A stretch of 64,000 nt of DNA from Felis catus (Eukaryota). Location: positions 157,048,001 through 157,112,000 of the forward strand of contig NC_058368.1 in assembly GCF_018350175.1 (NCBI RefSeq), given 5' to 3'. Below the pieces are notes generated by a model that had not been told where the DNA came from, made no database searches, and worked only from the letters and a program-made list of their open reading frames with translations. This document shows positions 36,901-50,707 of the stretch, in pieces; the first letter of the stretch is position 1, and every line of letters begins with the position of its first letter. Made by a program: the position numbers and the translations under genes.

Positions 36901-39900
36901 AAAATCTATAATTATTTGGCTTCCATTTCGTCTATCACTTCAGCTTTGTGAATATTCTCACTACATTATTTGGATCATATTTATAACTACTCTATCTTTC
37001 CTTATTCTTAATTTTAGTATTTATTTGTTTTCTTTACGTTTAGACCAAGAAAAATGTTGTCTACTACCTTTTCAAAGAAACAACCCTGGGATTTACCTAT
37101 CAATCCTATAATTTTTTTACTTCTCAATTTTTTTAATGTTTGTATATTAGTTTGCTATTGCTGCCATAACAAATGACCACACACTCAGTAGTTTATAGCA
37201 ACATAAATATATTATCTCATAGTTGCTGCAAGTCAAAAGCCTGGTGGGCTAGAGTAAATCCCCTGCTTAGGGTCTCACAAGACAGAAATCAAGATATCAG
37301 CAGGGCTATGTTTCTTTGAGGTAGCTCTGGGAATTAGTTCTCTTCCAGACTCATTCAAGTTTTGGCCAAATTCAGTTTCTTGAAGTTGTGTGACTGAGGT
37401 TCTTGCTGGAGTTGGAGACATGTTCCCCCAGCTGCCAGCCTTCTTTCTCATGTTTTCCATGTGGCCTCTCCCCAGGAACAGGCCAAGTCCTTGTCATGCT
37501 TCAAATCTGTCTGACTCTGGCTGGAGAAAGTTCTCTGCTTTTAAAGGCTCATGTGATTTAATTGGACCCACTTGGATAAGACAGGATAATCTCTCTATTT
37601 CAAGGTCTGTAACCTCAATTACAGCTACAAATGCCATTGGCCATCTAACATATCATATACACAGGTTCTAGGAATTAGAGAATGGACATCTTAAAGGAGC
37701 CAGTCCACCTATCACAATTTGTCAGTTTCTTCATTCTGCTTTCCCTTGGTTAGGTTTGTTATTCTTTTTAATGGTTGGTTTACATAGCTTTATTCTCTTT
37801 AGTTGTTGGTTTACATAGCTTTATTCTGCCTTTTATGTAATTATGGAAACATTTAATGCCACAAATTTACCACTGATTATAGATGTAGCTGTGTCCTGTT
37901 GATATATAATGTCTTATTATCCTTTCCTAAGTAAATTGTAATTGCAGAGTTGAGTTATTCTTTGACACTTGTGTTAGTCCTTTGAGAAGCAAATGCCATA
38001 AAAGAGCTGATGAGCAAGAGATTTACTAAGAAAAAAAAAAACTGTGAAGGAAAATGGGGAGAGAGCTGGAAGAGATGGAAAGAGCCATCAGACTACAAAA
38101 TAGTTCTGACTCCAGTGAAAAAGAGAGAAGGTCTTAGACAGCCATTCTACTAATAGTTTCATTAAGTTCTTTGAACCAAAGTCCCTCATCATAGGAATAC
38201 TATTCAGACACTCACTGGAAGCAGCCAATGGGAAGTATGATATCCACACATGGTAATATGTATGAAACATAGCAGTCGGGCCCTTGGCCAATTATGCTCC
38301 TCCTAGAAGGGGATCTGAGAGGTACATTTCCATGTGAAACACTGGAATTAAACAATAGAATTAAAAGAGGTTTGTTTTTTTTAATACAAATTGTCAGATT
38401 TTTGTTTCTTTATACTTTTCTTATTAATTTCTACTTTCTGGGCAGTATAGAGTCATGATCTGTACTTTTCCTACTTTGTGGAATAATGTGAGTTCTTTAT
38501 AGTCACATATCTACTTAGTTGTTGCAAAGGCTGACTGGGCACTGGGAAAGAATGAGTGTTTCTTGCTGTTTGCAAGTTGGATTGCTTGGTATATAAATTG
38601 ACTAAATAAGCTATACTTTTCATATTTTCCTATATGTTTATTTATATTTTACTTATTTGGCCTTGTTGGTGACAGAGAAATCATTTAAAATCATTAATAT
38701 ATATCATCTCCATTTATCTTTGTAATTCTATAGCTGTTACTTTTTAGTCAATATATAATGTAAATAAAGGTTCAAACTTCTTCACTGTGCAGTCTACTCT
38801 TCATCTGTAAAAATGACCACCTTTGTCCCATTTAACATATTTTGCCTCAAATAACATTTTATCTAACAATATTGTTCTGCTAGTTTTCCTTTTTAAGACT
38901 CTTTTACATTTATTTATTTATTCATTTATTTTGAAAGAGAGAGTGAAAGAGAGAGCAAAGGAGGGGCAGAGAGAGAGGGAGGGAGGGAGGGAGGGAGAGG
39001 GAGAGAGAGAGAGAGAGAGACAGAGAGAGACAGAGAGAGACCCAAGCAGGTTCCATGCTGACAGCACAGACATGGGGCTTGAACTCAAAATGTGAGATCG
39101 TGACCTGAGCCAAAATCAAGAATCAGATGCTTAACCAACTGAGCCACCCAGGCGCCCCTGGCTTTCTTTTCCTTTGCTTTTGCCAGTGATATATTTGCCT
39201 GATATTTTATTGTTAAGAATTCTGCCTTTAAGTATACCTCCTATAAGGAGCCTGTTTTAAGTGAATCTCCTATAAATAGCCATTCATGTGCTATTGGTTG
39301 CCCACCCAACATTTATCTATTCAAACCCTTCTGTTATTCATCTCTTTCTTTTCTAAGAGAACTTAGATTTTGGTGGGTTGGGGGTTTGACTCAATGGGTA
39401 ATAGGCATTAAAGAGGGCACTTGTTGGGATGAGCATCGGGTGTTATATCTAACTGATGAATCACTACATTCTACTCCTGAAACCAGTACTACACTGTATG
39501 TTAAGTAACTTGAACTTAAATTAAAAAAACAAAAACAAAAAAACAAAACTTAGATTTTGTTAACTGCCCATTTTCCTCCATGCGACTGTTTCAGGAGCTG
39601 AATTCTGTTTGGCCAAAGCCCATCATGTAGTTTCATTCCCCTGGATGGTGATTTGTTTACATGTGATTATGTGCTACAATTCTGTGTCTATTTTCCAAAC
39701 CAGTCCTTTCACCTAAAGGAACTTCCTCAATGTTTCTGGTTGTGTAGAAGTCCCTCTTATCCTAACTTCCAGACCTAGAACTTGTTGTTTCCTATCTTTC
39801 TATGCTCTAAAGTCATTTCACCTAAGGAAATTCCTAAGGCCTAATCTTAGGCCATTCATGTGTTTTCCTCAGAGCCCAATTAATTGTACATTTAAACATG

Positions 39901-42900
39901 TATTCAATAAGTATTTGGTGGATATTTATCATTGGTCAACTGATGTGCACTAAGGTTGTGGTGGTGATAGAGGATACATACCAGCTTACACAGTAATTGG
40001 GGGAAAATTAAAGAGGCAATAAAATTAACAATTGATAAACCAATATCAATAGCAGGCTTTTGTTATATCATTAGGTAGCCTATTATCAAGATGAATATTA
40101 TAGACAGCAGAATGGAACACTTCCCTATAAATCTTTCCTTGAAGATAGTTCTGTAACTATTGAATCATTCCTTTAGAAAAGATCATTTTCAAATGCAAAT
40201 ATGCTTTAATTTAGGCTCAAGTCTGTTTCTTGGCTCTTTCAGGAATAAAGTATAATTAATTTAAGTGCTAGTGATTTTGTTCACACACACACAAGCTCCC
40301 TTTTGTACTTTCATTAGGTAATGCAGCTCTTAGGAAAGATTGAGGCTTCCGGTTCTGAGCAAACCTCAAATTTAAAGATGGTCCAGGGGGATTATCGCCA
40401 TGAAATGAACCTTTTGGAGTTCAAGTAAGTGAATGGAAGATTTTTAATTCTGTTAAGTACATTCCAAAAGGTTTTGCCTAATGAAAGCATTGGCTTTAAA
40501 TGAACATCTATCCCAGGAATTTGAAACTGGCCAAGACATAAAGCAACAAACTGTTAGAGAGAATACTCTACACTAAAGTAATTCATACAATATTCATAAT
40601 AAAGGAAATATGAGGGGAGGTGGGTGGGGGGATGTGTGAAAGAGGTGACGGGGATTAAGAAGGGCACTTGTAATGAGCACTGGGCATTATATGTAAGCAT
40701 TGAATCACTAATTTGTACACCTGAAACTAATTACACTGTATGTTAGCTAATTGGAATTTAAATAAAAAATTTTTAAAGAATGGATATTGTAATTCTCTTT
40801 GTTTATGTATTGCAACTGAATTGATATACATCCTGACCTTTTCCAAAGAGTAATTTGAACTTATCATCAACTATATGTCTCAATGTAACACACTTCATTG
40901 AATATACATCAATTCCCCAAGACTACCAAATAATTATTAAAACAACTTTGATTTACAAGCTTTCTTTTTAAAATTTCTTCTAAGATTCTCTACCTTCTTT
41001 ACATTATCCTTTTTTTAAGACCAGTCTCTGTCCTATCTTCACTGAGTTCTCTCCTACGCACAGTAAAAGAGACAAGACTCCACAAACATTCAAATTATTG
41101 GCCTCCTTATTCCCCAATCCTCCTTTCTTGTATAAAAGACCACCATTTCCTGGAATCCTGGCACAGGCAAAGGAAAATTCTAGTCTCTTGGATGATACTA
41201 CCTTACTGCCTCTTCTCTCCTTGTTCTTTTTCCTCTTGGATTTTCCACTTGGGTTTAGTGACTTGGTCAAATCCAGTGTTCTGAATATACTCTGCTTGCT
41301 CCATTTTCCCCCATCCTTACAGTATTTCATCAAATCTAATTTTTAAGATACCTCCTGATTTCAGAGATGTTAAATTGGGAAATACGTGTGTCCTAGACAC
41401 TGATGAAAAACTATACTCATCTCTAAAATTCAAAGAAGTAAATGTCTTGTGTAAAGAGAACATAGCCACTTACTTCATACAATAAAAAAGCATGTCTAGG
41501 TACTTAAATTCCAGTACAATGAGGATGCCCAGTAAATAATCTGTGTGGTGCTTGGTCTAATCCCATTAGCTTAGAATTAAATAAAGTGTCCAAAGTAGAA
41601 GAGTAAACTGTTTCTAGAGGTACACTTTAAGAAATGATTTTCCTGGGGGAGAAAAGGGACTTATAATCTGGAATGGAATACTGGCTTAAATGGATGAAGT
41701 ATGTTAACAAATAGAAAATCAGGGCACCTAAGTGGCTCAGTTGGTTAAGCATCCAACTTTGGCTCAGGTCATGATCTCACGGATTCGTGAGTTCGAGCCC
41801 CGCGTGGGGCTCTATGCTGACAGCTCAGAGCCTGAAGCTTGCTTCAGATTCTGTGTCTCCCTCTCTTTCTGCCCTCCCCCACTTGCACCCTCTCTCTCTC
41901 TCTTTCTGTCTCAAGAATAAACATTAAAAATAAATTTAGAAAAAGGGGCGCCTGGGTGGCTCAGTTGGTTAAGCGTCCAACTCTTGGTTTCAGCTCAGGT
42001 CACGATCTCATGGTTCATGAGTCTGAGCTCCGCATCGGGTTCTGCACTTACAGCTCAGAGCCTGCTTGGGATTCTCTCTCTCTCTCCCTCTCTCTCTGCC
42101 CCTCCCTTGTTCACGCTCTCTCTCGCTCAAAATAAATAAACTTAAAAAAAATTTTTTAATAAAATAAAAAGTAACAAAATAAAACAAAGATGAAAAAAAG
42201 TTCTCCATCTCAGCTTCCTTAAAGTAACCAATGCTAACACCAGAGATATGTCCTCCAACACTGTCCTCCTTGTTAATATAAATATCTAACAGAAAAAGGA
42301 TGTTTATATGTTTTATGTATCATACACTATTTGTATAGAAAGAACATGGCTTTTTAAAATACACCCTATACACATTACTCAATAATTTGTTTTTTTATAG
42401 TGCATTGTAATCATCTCTCTAGATCAGTGAGTATTATTCTAACATTAGTTTAATAGTTGTGTAATATTTTAACTTACAGATGTGCTATAGCTAATTCAAT
42501 CACTTATTATATTGATTCTTTCCAGTTTACAGCTACCCCAAACAAACCCCAAAATTATTGTGTGTATATATCTTTAAATATCCTTGAATTTAGATGTTTT
42601 TATTTCTACCGGCAAGATTCCTAGGTCAAAGAGTTCATTTATTAATTTTTATAAATTTATTATTATTTTTTTTAATGTAGCAACGCACACTCCCACCAGC
42701 AATATATGAGAAGACTTTCTCTACATTCTTATCAACACTGGATGTTCTTTTTAATATGTGCCAATTCAAGGATGAAGATTGAATGTTTTGTTTCTATTTG
42801 CTTTCCCTTCACCATTTGAATTTCCTTTTCTGTGAATTACCCATTCTTATCATTTGTCAAAGTTTATATCATGACTTTCCTCATATTCTTATCAATTTGT

Positions 42901-45900
42901 AGGATTCCTTCACATTAGAGATATTAACCCTTTGACTGAGATATTTATTACAAATATATTTTCTTCAAAGAGAAAGTAAGGCAAGTAGGGCTCTCTTTTT
43001 TTTCTTTTCCATTCAGAGCATTTCTCCAATTAAAGTAGATGGGGTATAGTATTTGCTTTTCCTTTTTTAAGAAACTACTGTCTCTGAGAAAAGGGATTTA
43101 AAAAAAAATTTAATAGCATTCAAAAATGTGTTTAATTGGACAGTTTTACCATTTAGAAACTTTAACAATTTCAAGTTTAATGGCCAATTAAATTTATGTT
43201 TTATATACAACTTAAAAGCCCCAATACTGTCTGTGGTTTTCTAGTGAATTCCTAGGACTTTGGCATTCAACCCTAGACCTAACAAAGGAGATGTACAGGC
43301 TCTTCATCTGAACACCAATATGGAGACTCCTTTTTCCAGAAAGGTCTTAGTCACATGTTCAGCTAAATAACTTCCTAAGCTAACAACTTAGTGCTTATAG
43401 AGCAAGAGTCTTAGTCATCATAAAATATGGCTGTCTTTTTAGGAAGGGTTTAGCAGGGGAAGTACCTATTAGTCACTCCCTAGATAGTTCTTGCTGCTGA
43501 CAATGTTTAATTGATAGTGATTTATTAGAAAAGAAAAAGTATATGGTCAATGAAGCAAATGCATAGACTCAAATCTTCCCATGCAGCTTTGAAAATGCTA
43601 CCACAGTATTATGTTACAAACTATTCAAGTCGAGGATATGTCTCATCCATCTTTGTATTCTCAGCACCCAGCACATTCAGATGCAAATAGCCAATGAATA
43701 TTTTGAAAATCAATAATGTGTAAGTTGTGTTTTGGAATACTCAAAGACAACATCATAGCCATATACAGTTGGGGGGAAATATACAAATAAGTGAAAAGCT
43801 AAACACGAAGTAAAAGTTAAGACAGTGTTAGAGGAAATAGATCAGTAGACAGAAATAAGAAATGTACTAATTGTTATTTCTGAATGTCTACCAATCCCTA
43901 AGTGACCAAGATATTCAGGTGCGTCCATCTCTGCAGTGTAAGTCTTCTCCCCATTTTAATGATGAGGAAACACAATCATAGAAATTAAATACTTTGCCCA
44001 AAGTCACATCGCTAGAAAATATCTGACTCCAAACCTCAGGTTGTTTTGTCAATCTATGACACCTCCATCTCACAACTCCAGCCATTAGTAAGCTAATTGT
44101 ACTACAGAAATTTAGGGAATGGGAAGATCACATCTGCTTGAAACTATGAAGGTAAGAAGCTATGAAGGTATTGGGATTTAAGCTCAAGTACAATATGGAA
44201 CAACAAGCAAAAAGCTTCCTATCAGAATGGAGTCGGAGTTGCTCTTTACTTGCGTCATTAGGACATAAAGAAGAAGTTGAAGTAGATAGGCACAAACTTA
44301 GTGGAAATAATTTTCTTAGAATTAATTTCTTTCTTCTGACATGAAATTTAAAATCTTAGGTTCAGTCTCCAAAACTGACTTGGTTAAAGCCACTCTCTGA
44401 GTTTTTGAGAGCCTATTAAGAGTAACATTTTTCAAGAAATCAAACTTTTCATGTCTTCTGGAAAAGTTCAATCGATTATTAAATGCAAGACAATGAGTTT
44501 GAGACTTAAGAGAACTGGTTTAAAAAAAAGCCCCAGATTGGAGCTATGTCCTCATTTACATATGTCAACCATAACCACAGCTTAGGATTTAAAATGTTTT
44601 AAATATATTTTATTTATTTTTGACAGACAGAGACAGAGCACAAGTGGGAGAGGGGCAGAGAGAGACGGAGACAGAATCTGAAGCAGGCTCCAAGCTGTCA
44701 GCACAGAGCCTAATGTGGGGCTGGAACCCACGAACTGTGAGATCAGGAGCTGAGTCGAAGTTGGACGCTTAACTGACTGAGCCACCCAGGCACCCTATAT
44801 CTATCTACATCTGATAGAAATACTACCATAATTATTGGAATAGAGGATTTGGGAACTAAAATGTGAATGTCATATTTCATCCTGTTGAAATTTTAATTAT
44901 AAATACTGTAATTCACAGAAAAGTCATTCTTTCATGGAAAGCCATGCCCATTATGTTAGGAGAAAGTCTAAGTAAAGGAGACGTATATAAACCTTTATTT
45001 TAGCTTCTCTTTTTTTATCTTTCAAGGAGAATGCTTTTTAAAAAATGCTTTCATATTTTCATAAACTACCAGTTCTGACTTTTCATGGTAACCAGTAAAG
45101 TCAGTCTCTAATTGCAGGCAAAACCTTATAATAAAATGATCACAGGTAATAACTCATTCTTTATGACTATTTTAATTTCAGAATTCTAATTACTGATATG
45201 CACTTCTGGAGATATTACTTGGTCACATTTAATGGTTCCCTGGTTTTCAGAGGGATGTTAATATCACATCAGTAGTAAATGTTCTTACTTACATACACAG
45301 TAAAATTGCACACTGAAGGCTGGATTTCCAATTGCAAAGCTACCTCTTGATTATCTGGGGATTTACTGTCCCTCTTAACAATCACTATTAATTAATATTT
45401 CCACCACAGATAGGAAAGACAAGATGAAAATTGAAGATTAGATATCTAAATATCTAAGCAAATGTACAATTTGTTATTTGTGAACAGCTCTAGTAAAGGG
45501 TATTAAATGAGAAACAATGAATCATTTATTCAACAACTATTCAGCTCTAGTAAAGGGTATTAAATGAGAAACAATGAATCATTTATTCAACAACTATTCA
45601 TCGAGCGCTTTCTAAATTCCAACCACTGTTCACAGCCATGAACAAAGCAAATTCCTTGCTTTCATGGAGCTTAGATTCTAGTGAAGTAGACAGCACACAA
45701 ATTGTATATATCACATGGTGATCAGCATTTTGGAAAAAATAAAGTAGGGTAAAGGAATAAGGGAGGGTCAGATGGGGAAAAAGAATTTTTTTTTAAAGTG
45801 TGGTTTTAAAAAAGTCCTGGGGCGCCTGGGCGGCTCAGTCAGTTAAACATCAGACTCTTGATTTCTGCTCAGGTCACGATTTCACAGTCGTGAGATCAAG

Positions 45901-48719
45901 CCCTGAGTAGGGCTCCTTGCTGGGTATGGAGCCTGCTTAAGAGTCTCCCTTTGCCCCTCCCCCACTTGTGTGCTTGCATGCTCTCAAATAAAAATAAAAA
46001 CAAACCAACAAACACAGTCCTATGTTAAGGAGGGAAATGGTGCTTGAAAAGATATCTGAATGAAATGAGGGCAGGAGCCACTGGGTATTCTAAGGAAGAG
46101 TGTTCCAGACATAGAAAACAGTTGGCTGAAATGAGGCTGTCCATGTGTCAGTTGGGAACTTATTTGAGATCCATCAGCTGTTAGTCAGTAGCACAGGTGT
46201 TTGGAAACCATGATTAGATTAGCAGGAACTGTGGCCGATGGTATCTTCTCAATGTGGAAATACTCACCTGAATCAAGATACGCTTTCTATGTGAAAAGTA
46301 TCTCTCTCCGTATCAAAACATGTGATAGTTCAAAGCGATGAAGATTAGAATTCAGGTTTATACCACAGCTAATACAGCTACTGGCAAATTAACTTTTCCC
46401 ATTCCTTGATTTCATCATCTAAATTCTGGTTTCTCAACGTGGGTACTATTGGCGTTTGGTATGGGTAATTCTTTTCTGTGAGGCTGTTCTGTGCATTGTA
46501 GGATGTTTAGCAATATTTTTGGCGTCTACACACTCCACATGTCAGTAGCACCTCCAAGTTGTGACAACCAAAAATGTCTCGGGGCGCCTGGGTGGCTCAG
46601 TCGGTTGAGCGTCCGACTTCGGCTCAGGTCACGATCTCACGGTTCGTGAGTTCGAGCCCCGCGTGGGGCTCTGGGCTGATGGCTCAGCCTGCTTCCGATT
46701 CTGTGTCTCCCTCTCTCTCTGCCCCTCCCCCGTTCATGCTCTGTCTCTCTCTGTCCCAAAAATAAATAAACGTTAAAAAAAAAATTTTAAAAAAAATGTC
46801 TCCGTACATTGTTAGAGGGCCACTGCTCTAAATAAAAACTGGAAATGGTCTCATATAATTTGTCTTTTCCAAATACTAGTCCAAACACTTTTTCAAGGAA
46901 GCTAGAGACACATACATGCAATATATGTCCAGCATGTCTTAAGCAATTTCCGGTGATAAATACCACAAAATTTTCGAAATATATTTTTTCCTGAAAAATT
47001 ACAGCATTATAGCAATGATTACTTCAAGCCATCCACATGTTGTAAGTTAGTCTGAATATTTTCAATAATAAACAACATGCATTACTCCTGCCTGTCTAAT
47101 ATAGTGCCTATTCTAGAAGGGAATTTGAAGCTGACATTTTACTACAAGCTAGTCACATGCAGAAAACATACAGAGGCTGCTTGCCAGTCCCCATCCTCAT
47201 CCTTCCTCTTCTCAGACCATATTTCTCAGTCATTCCAGGTATGGATTCTCCTTTTTACTCAAACCTCAGCCATTCTAGAGTGACTTTTCATGTTGAAGCT
47301 ATATGATTGCAATCTTTTCAATCTCTGTAATAACATCCACTTCCATTTTAAAAAATCATTCATTCTCTGTTATTTAATATTCCTATGGTGCATCATTTTT
47401 ATGCCAGCGGTCGTTTCCTGCATCTTAGCGTATTATATATCTGTTTTTGCCCCACATGAGTAACTCAGTACCTCTTTAAGCCCTCCCCGAACCCTACTCC
47501 CTAAAGAATCCACAGAGACCCACTGGAGGCAAAGGGGACTTTACTGAGGATCTCACCTGAGACAGAAAAGACAACCAAGGACTGTCTCCCATGGGCATTG
47601 TGCTTTCCCAAAGTCCTTCTGGGTCTTTCTACATCCTACCTATGATTTTCTCTGGCTCAGCTCCTCCCCCAGCCGGGTAGTGACCTTTGCAGGACAGAGA
47701 TTCCACCAACTGCCACCCTTAGCCAAATCTGCCCACTGCTAAGAATGATTTGCACACTTTCTACTAATTTTTTAAATTAGAAAATGTATTTCATGATGTG
47801 ATTATATGTTGCTTAAATTTCAGTGTATGTAAAGTTAGATTAGACAACCAAGTTCTTTTTTCATTTGTTTGTGTTGTATGTGGCTGCTTTCCCACTGCAA
47901 TGGCAGCACTGAGTGGTTAAAGAATTGACTGGTTGCAATGGAGACCATATGGCGCACAAAGCCTAAAATATTTACTATCGACCTTTCATAGAAGAAGTTT
48001 GCTGACCCCTACGTACCCCGGAGTGATATCACCATCCAAGTGGCTTGTCAAGGTGTTTCTTCCACATATACAATGTACCCCAGGCCCTAAGAGGAAACCT
48101 GCATGGATGGATGATACATGTGTTTCTGTGTGTCCATGTGTCTGTCTTTGTGTCTATGTGTATTTTAATGTATGCAGAGGGGTGTTGTCAGCAGCCGGGT
48201 TGAATGCAAGCTTGGGGCAGGGACCCAAAATGTGCTCCCTTGTTCCCTACCTCCCACATCAACCCATAAGTACTGTTAGACATCTTGAACCTCATCATCT
48301 GAAAAAACTGCAGTTTGTCAATACTAAATTTTGGTTTTATGTTTAAATTTATTAAAATATAACTATTTCCCCCCTTAGATTTAATTCAGTTTCAAACAAC
48401 CTATATGAGGCAGTTGAGAACCATCAAAAATGGACAGAGAAACAGTTCCTCAACTATGAAAAAGACCACCTTGGCCATTTAAATCAATGTCTGAAGCTCC
48501 TACAGGAGAAGCTGGTAAGTAAACATCTGCATAGTCATTGTCTGGATGTTGAAAGTTTCACTGGGACATTCACAGTAACCTTCACTGTGTCAGTAATTAA
48601 CCTTTTCTGGCACCAGAATGGGAATCCAGAGGCCTGCCTTTTGGTTCTGTGTGCTACTCTCCAACTCCGGGAACCCACACTTCTGAGTGTGCTCTACCCA
48701 TAATAACCTAAAGAGAGGT

Positions 48720-48752
<33 letters not shown>

Positions 48753-50666
48753 CATATTCTCGGTTCCAACCCAGAGCTGAGGTCCCTGGGGCCTCCCTTG
48801 GAGATCTGTGCACCTAGGCAAGCCTCCTGGAGGACACTTAGACACAGTAAAACCTGAAAACTTCTGCCATAGACAAGTCAGTTTACCTCTCTGAAGATCC
48901 ATCCGTCGATCAAAGGTTTTCAAAACTTCTTTTCCAGAGGCAACCTCATAGAGAAACTCCCAGCTTTGGGGCAAGACTACCAGGATGGAGGGGAAATCTG
49001 TTGATTGCAGGTACCCCTCACTCCAAGCAGCGCATCCAACCAGCTGCTAGCCCCAATGGGAGAGCAACACAGGGCCATCCGTGTCATCAGTGACTGCCAG
49101 CCTTGCTGGTGATTCAAATAAGATGTTTCTGGAATTTCGGTAGAGGGGCTTTGGGCAGCTGAGTTTGTAGACAGCTGACAGAGGCAGGAATCCAAGAGAT
49201 GTAGATAACCGTTCCAGCTTTATCACTGATAAGGCTATTGAAGTCTGTGTGGTCCAACATGCAGCCAACAGGGCCTGCTAGTTCTCTAGGATTTAGACAG
49301 ACTCGTCCACCAGTTATAGGCAGCACTAGGTGACCACAGGGTCACCTGCAGGCAAAAGCTTTCCACCACAAGTAAGAGGCTGGAATCCACTTCCCCGATG
49401 CAGGCAGGGCCAAAAATAGGAGGGGGGCGCCTGGGTGGATCGGTCGGTTGGGCGTCCGACTTTGGCCTAGGTCATGGTCTGGTGATTCATGAGTTCCAGC
49501 CCCATGTGGGGCTCGGCGCTGACAGCTCAGAACCAGGAGCCTGCTTCTAGATTCTGTGTGTCCTCCTCTCTCTGCCCCTCCCCTGCTCATGCTCTGTCTC
49601 TCAAAAATAAATAAATGTTAAAAAAATAATAATAAAAAATAGGAGGAACAATGGGGCCAAGTCACTGTCACCCAGTTCCTGCTGGCAAGTTCCCTGTGAG
49701 AGGGTGAGGAGGAGCAGAGAAGCTCCTGAGCCTGGGGCATCCATGAAGTCCCAACCTAGCTGCAATTAGAATCACCTGGAGAGTTTTTCAACTAGATAAA
49801 TTCCTGAGTTCCACTGTGGACCAATTAAATCAGTTTCATGAGGGGCGGGGTGGTGGTAGTGGCTGTGTGATGGTCCAGGTGATATCAATAGACAACAGAG
49901 GTCAAGAATCACTATTCTAGCTGAACTCTGTCCACGTGGAGATACGAAGCTCGAGGGAATAGGAATGTGTAACAGGAACATGACCCAGGAGCTTAAAGTG
50001 TCTAAAATGCCTCGCTTCAGGCGCCTGGGTGGCTCAGTCAGTTGAGAGTCTGACTTCGGCTCACATCATGATCTCACAGTTCGTGAGTTCAAGCCCCGCA
50101 TAGGGCTCTGTGCTGACAGCTTAGGGCCTGGAGCCTGCTTCGGATTCTGTGTCTCCCTCTCTCTCTGCTCCTCCCCCGCTTCCACTCTGTCTCTCTCTCT
50201 CTCTCTCTCTCAAAAATAAATAAAGATTAAAAAAATTAAAAAAATAAATAAAATGCCTTCCTTGACCACACTTCTTTAAACACTAGACTGTAATTCCAAC
50301 TCCTCAAGGCATTTCAGCAAAACCACAGTCCTTTCTTTTCTTTCTCCTATCACATGCAGAATTCTAGAAACTGCAAACAAAGCCAAGGAAAGGGATGAAC
50401 TCTCACACGTGTGAACACAGTTTTAGATACAAAGGAACCTGGTTGGAATTTTCATGTTTAATATGGAAAAATGAACATGTTGGGGCGCCTGGGTGGCTCA
50501 GTCGGTTAAGTGGCTGACTTTGGCTCAGGTCATGATCTCACGGGTGATGAGTTCGAGCCCTGAGTCAGGCTGTGTGCTGACAGCTCAGAACCTGGAGCCT
50601 GTTTCAGGTTCTGTGTCTCCTTTTCTCTCTGCCCCTTCGCTGCTTTTGCTCTCTCTCTCACTCTCA

Positions 50667-50707
<41 letters not shown>

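Larger units (their letters stand above)
32170..38900 (-). mobile_element. Fragmented old L1 (L1M-type) tract with younger insertions
   Basis: Minus-strand ORF2-like peptides LFQSIEKEGKLPNYF...INIDANFLNKISAN (35771-35965) and DPAITLLVIDP (33535-33747); T-rich L1 antisense texture. Confidence 0.65.

Noticed and set aside
48721..49411. Processed pseudogene on the minus strand
   Set aside because: No TSD, no properly spaced poly(A) signal and no recognisable protein in any frame; kept only as a low-interest finding.
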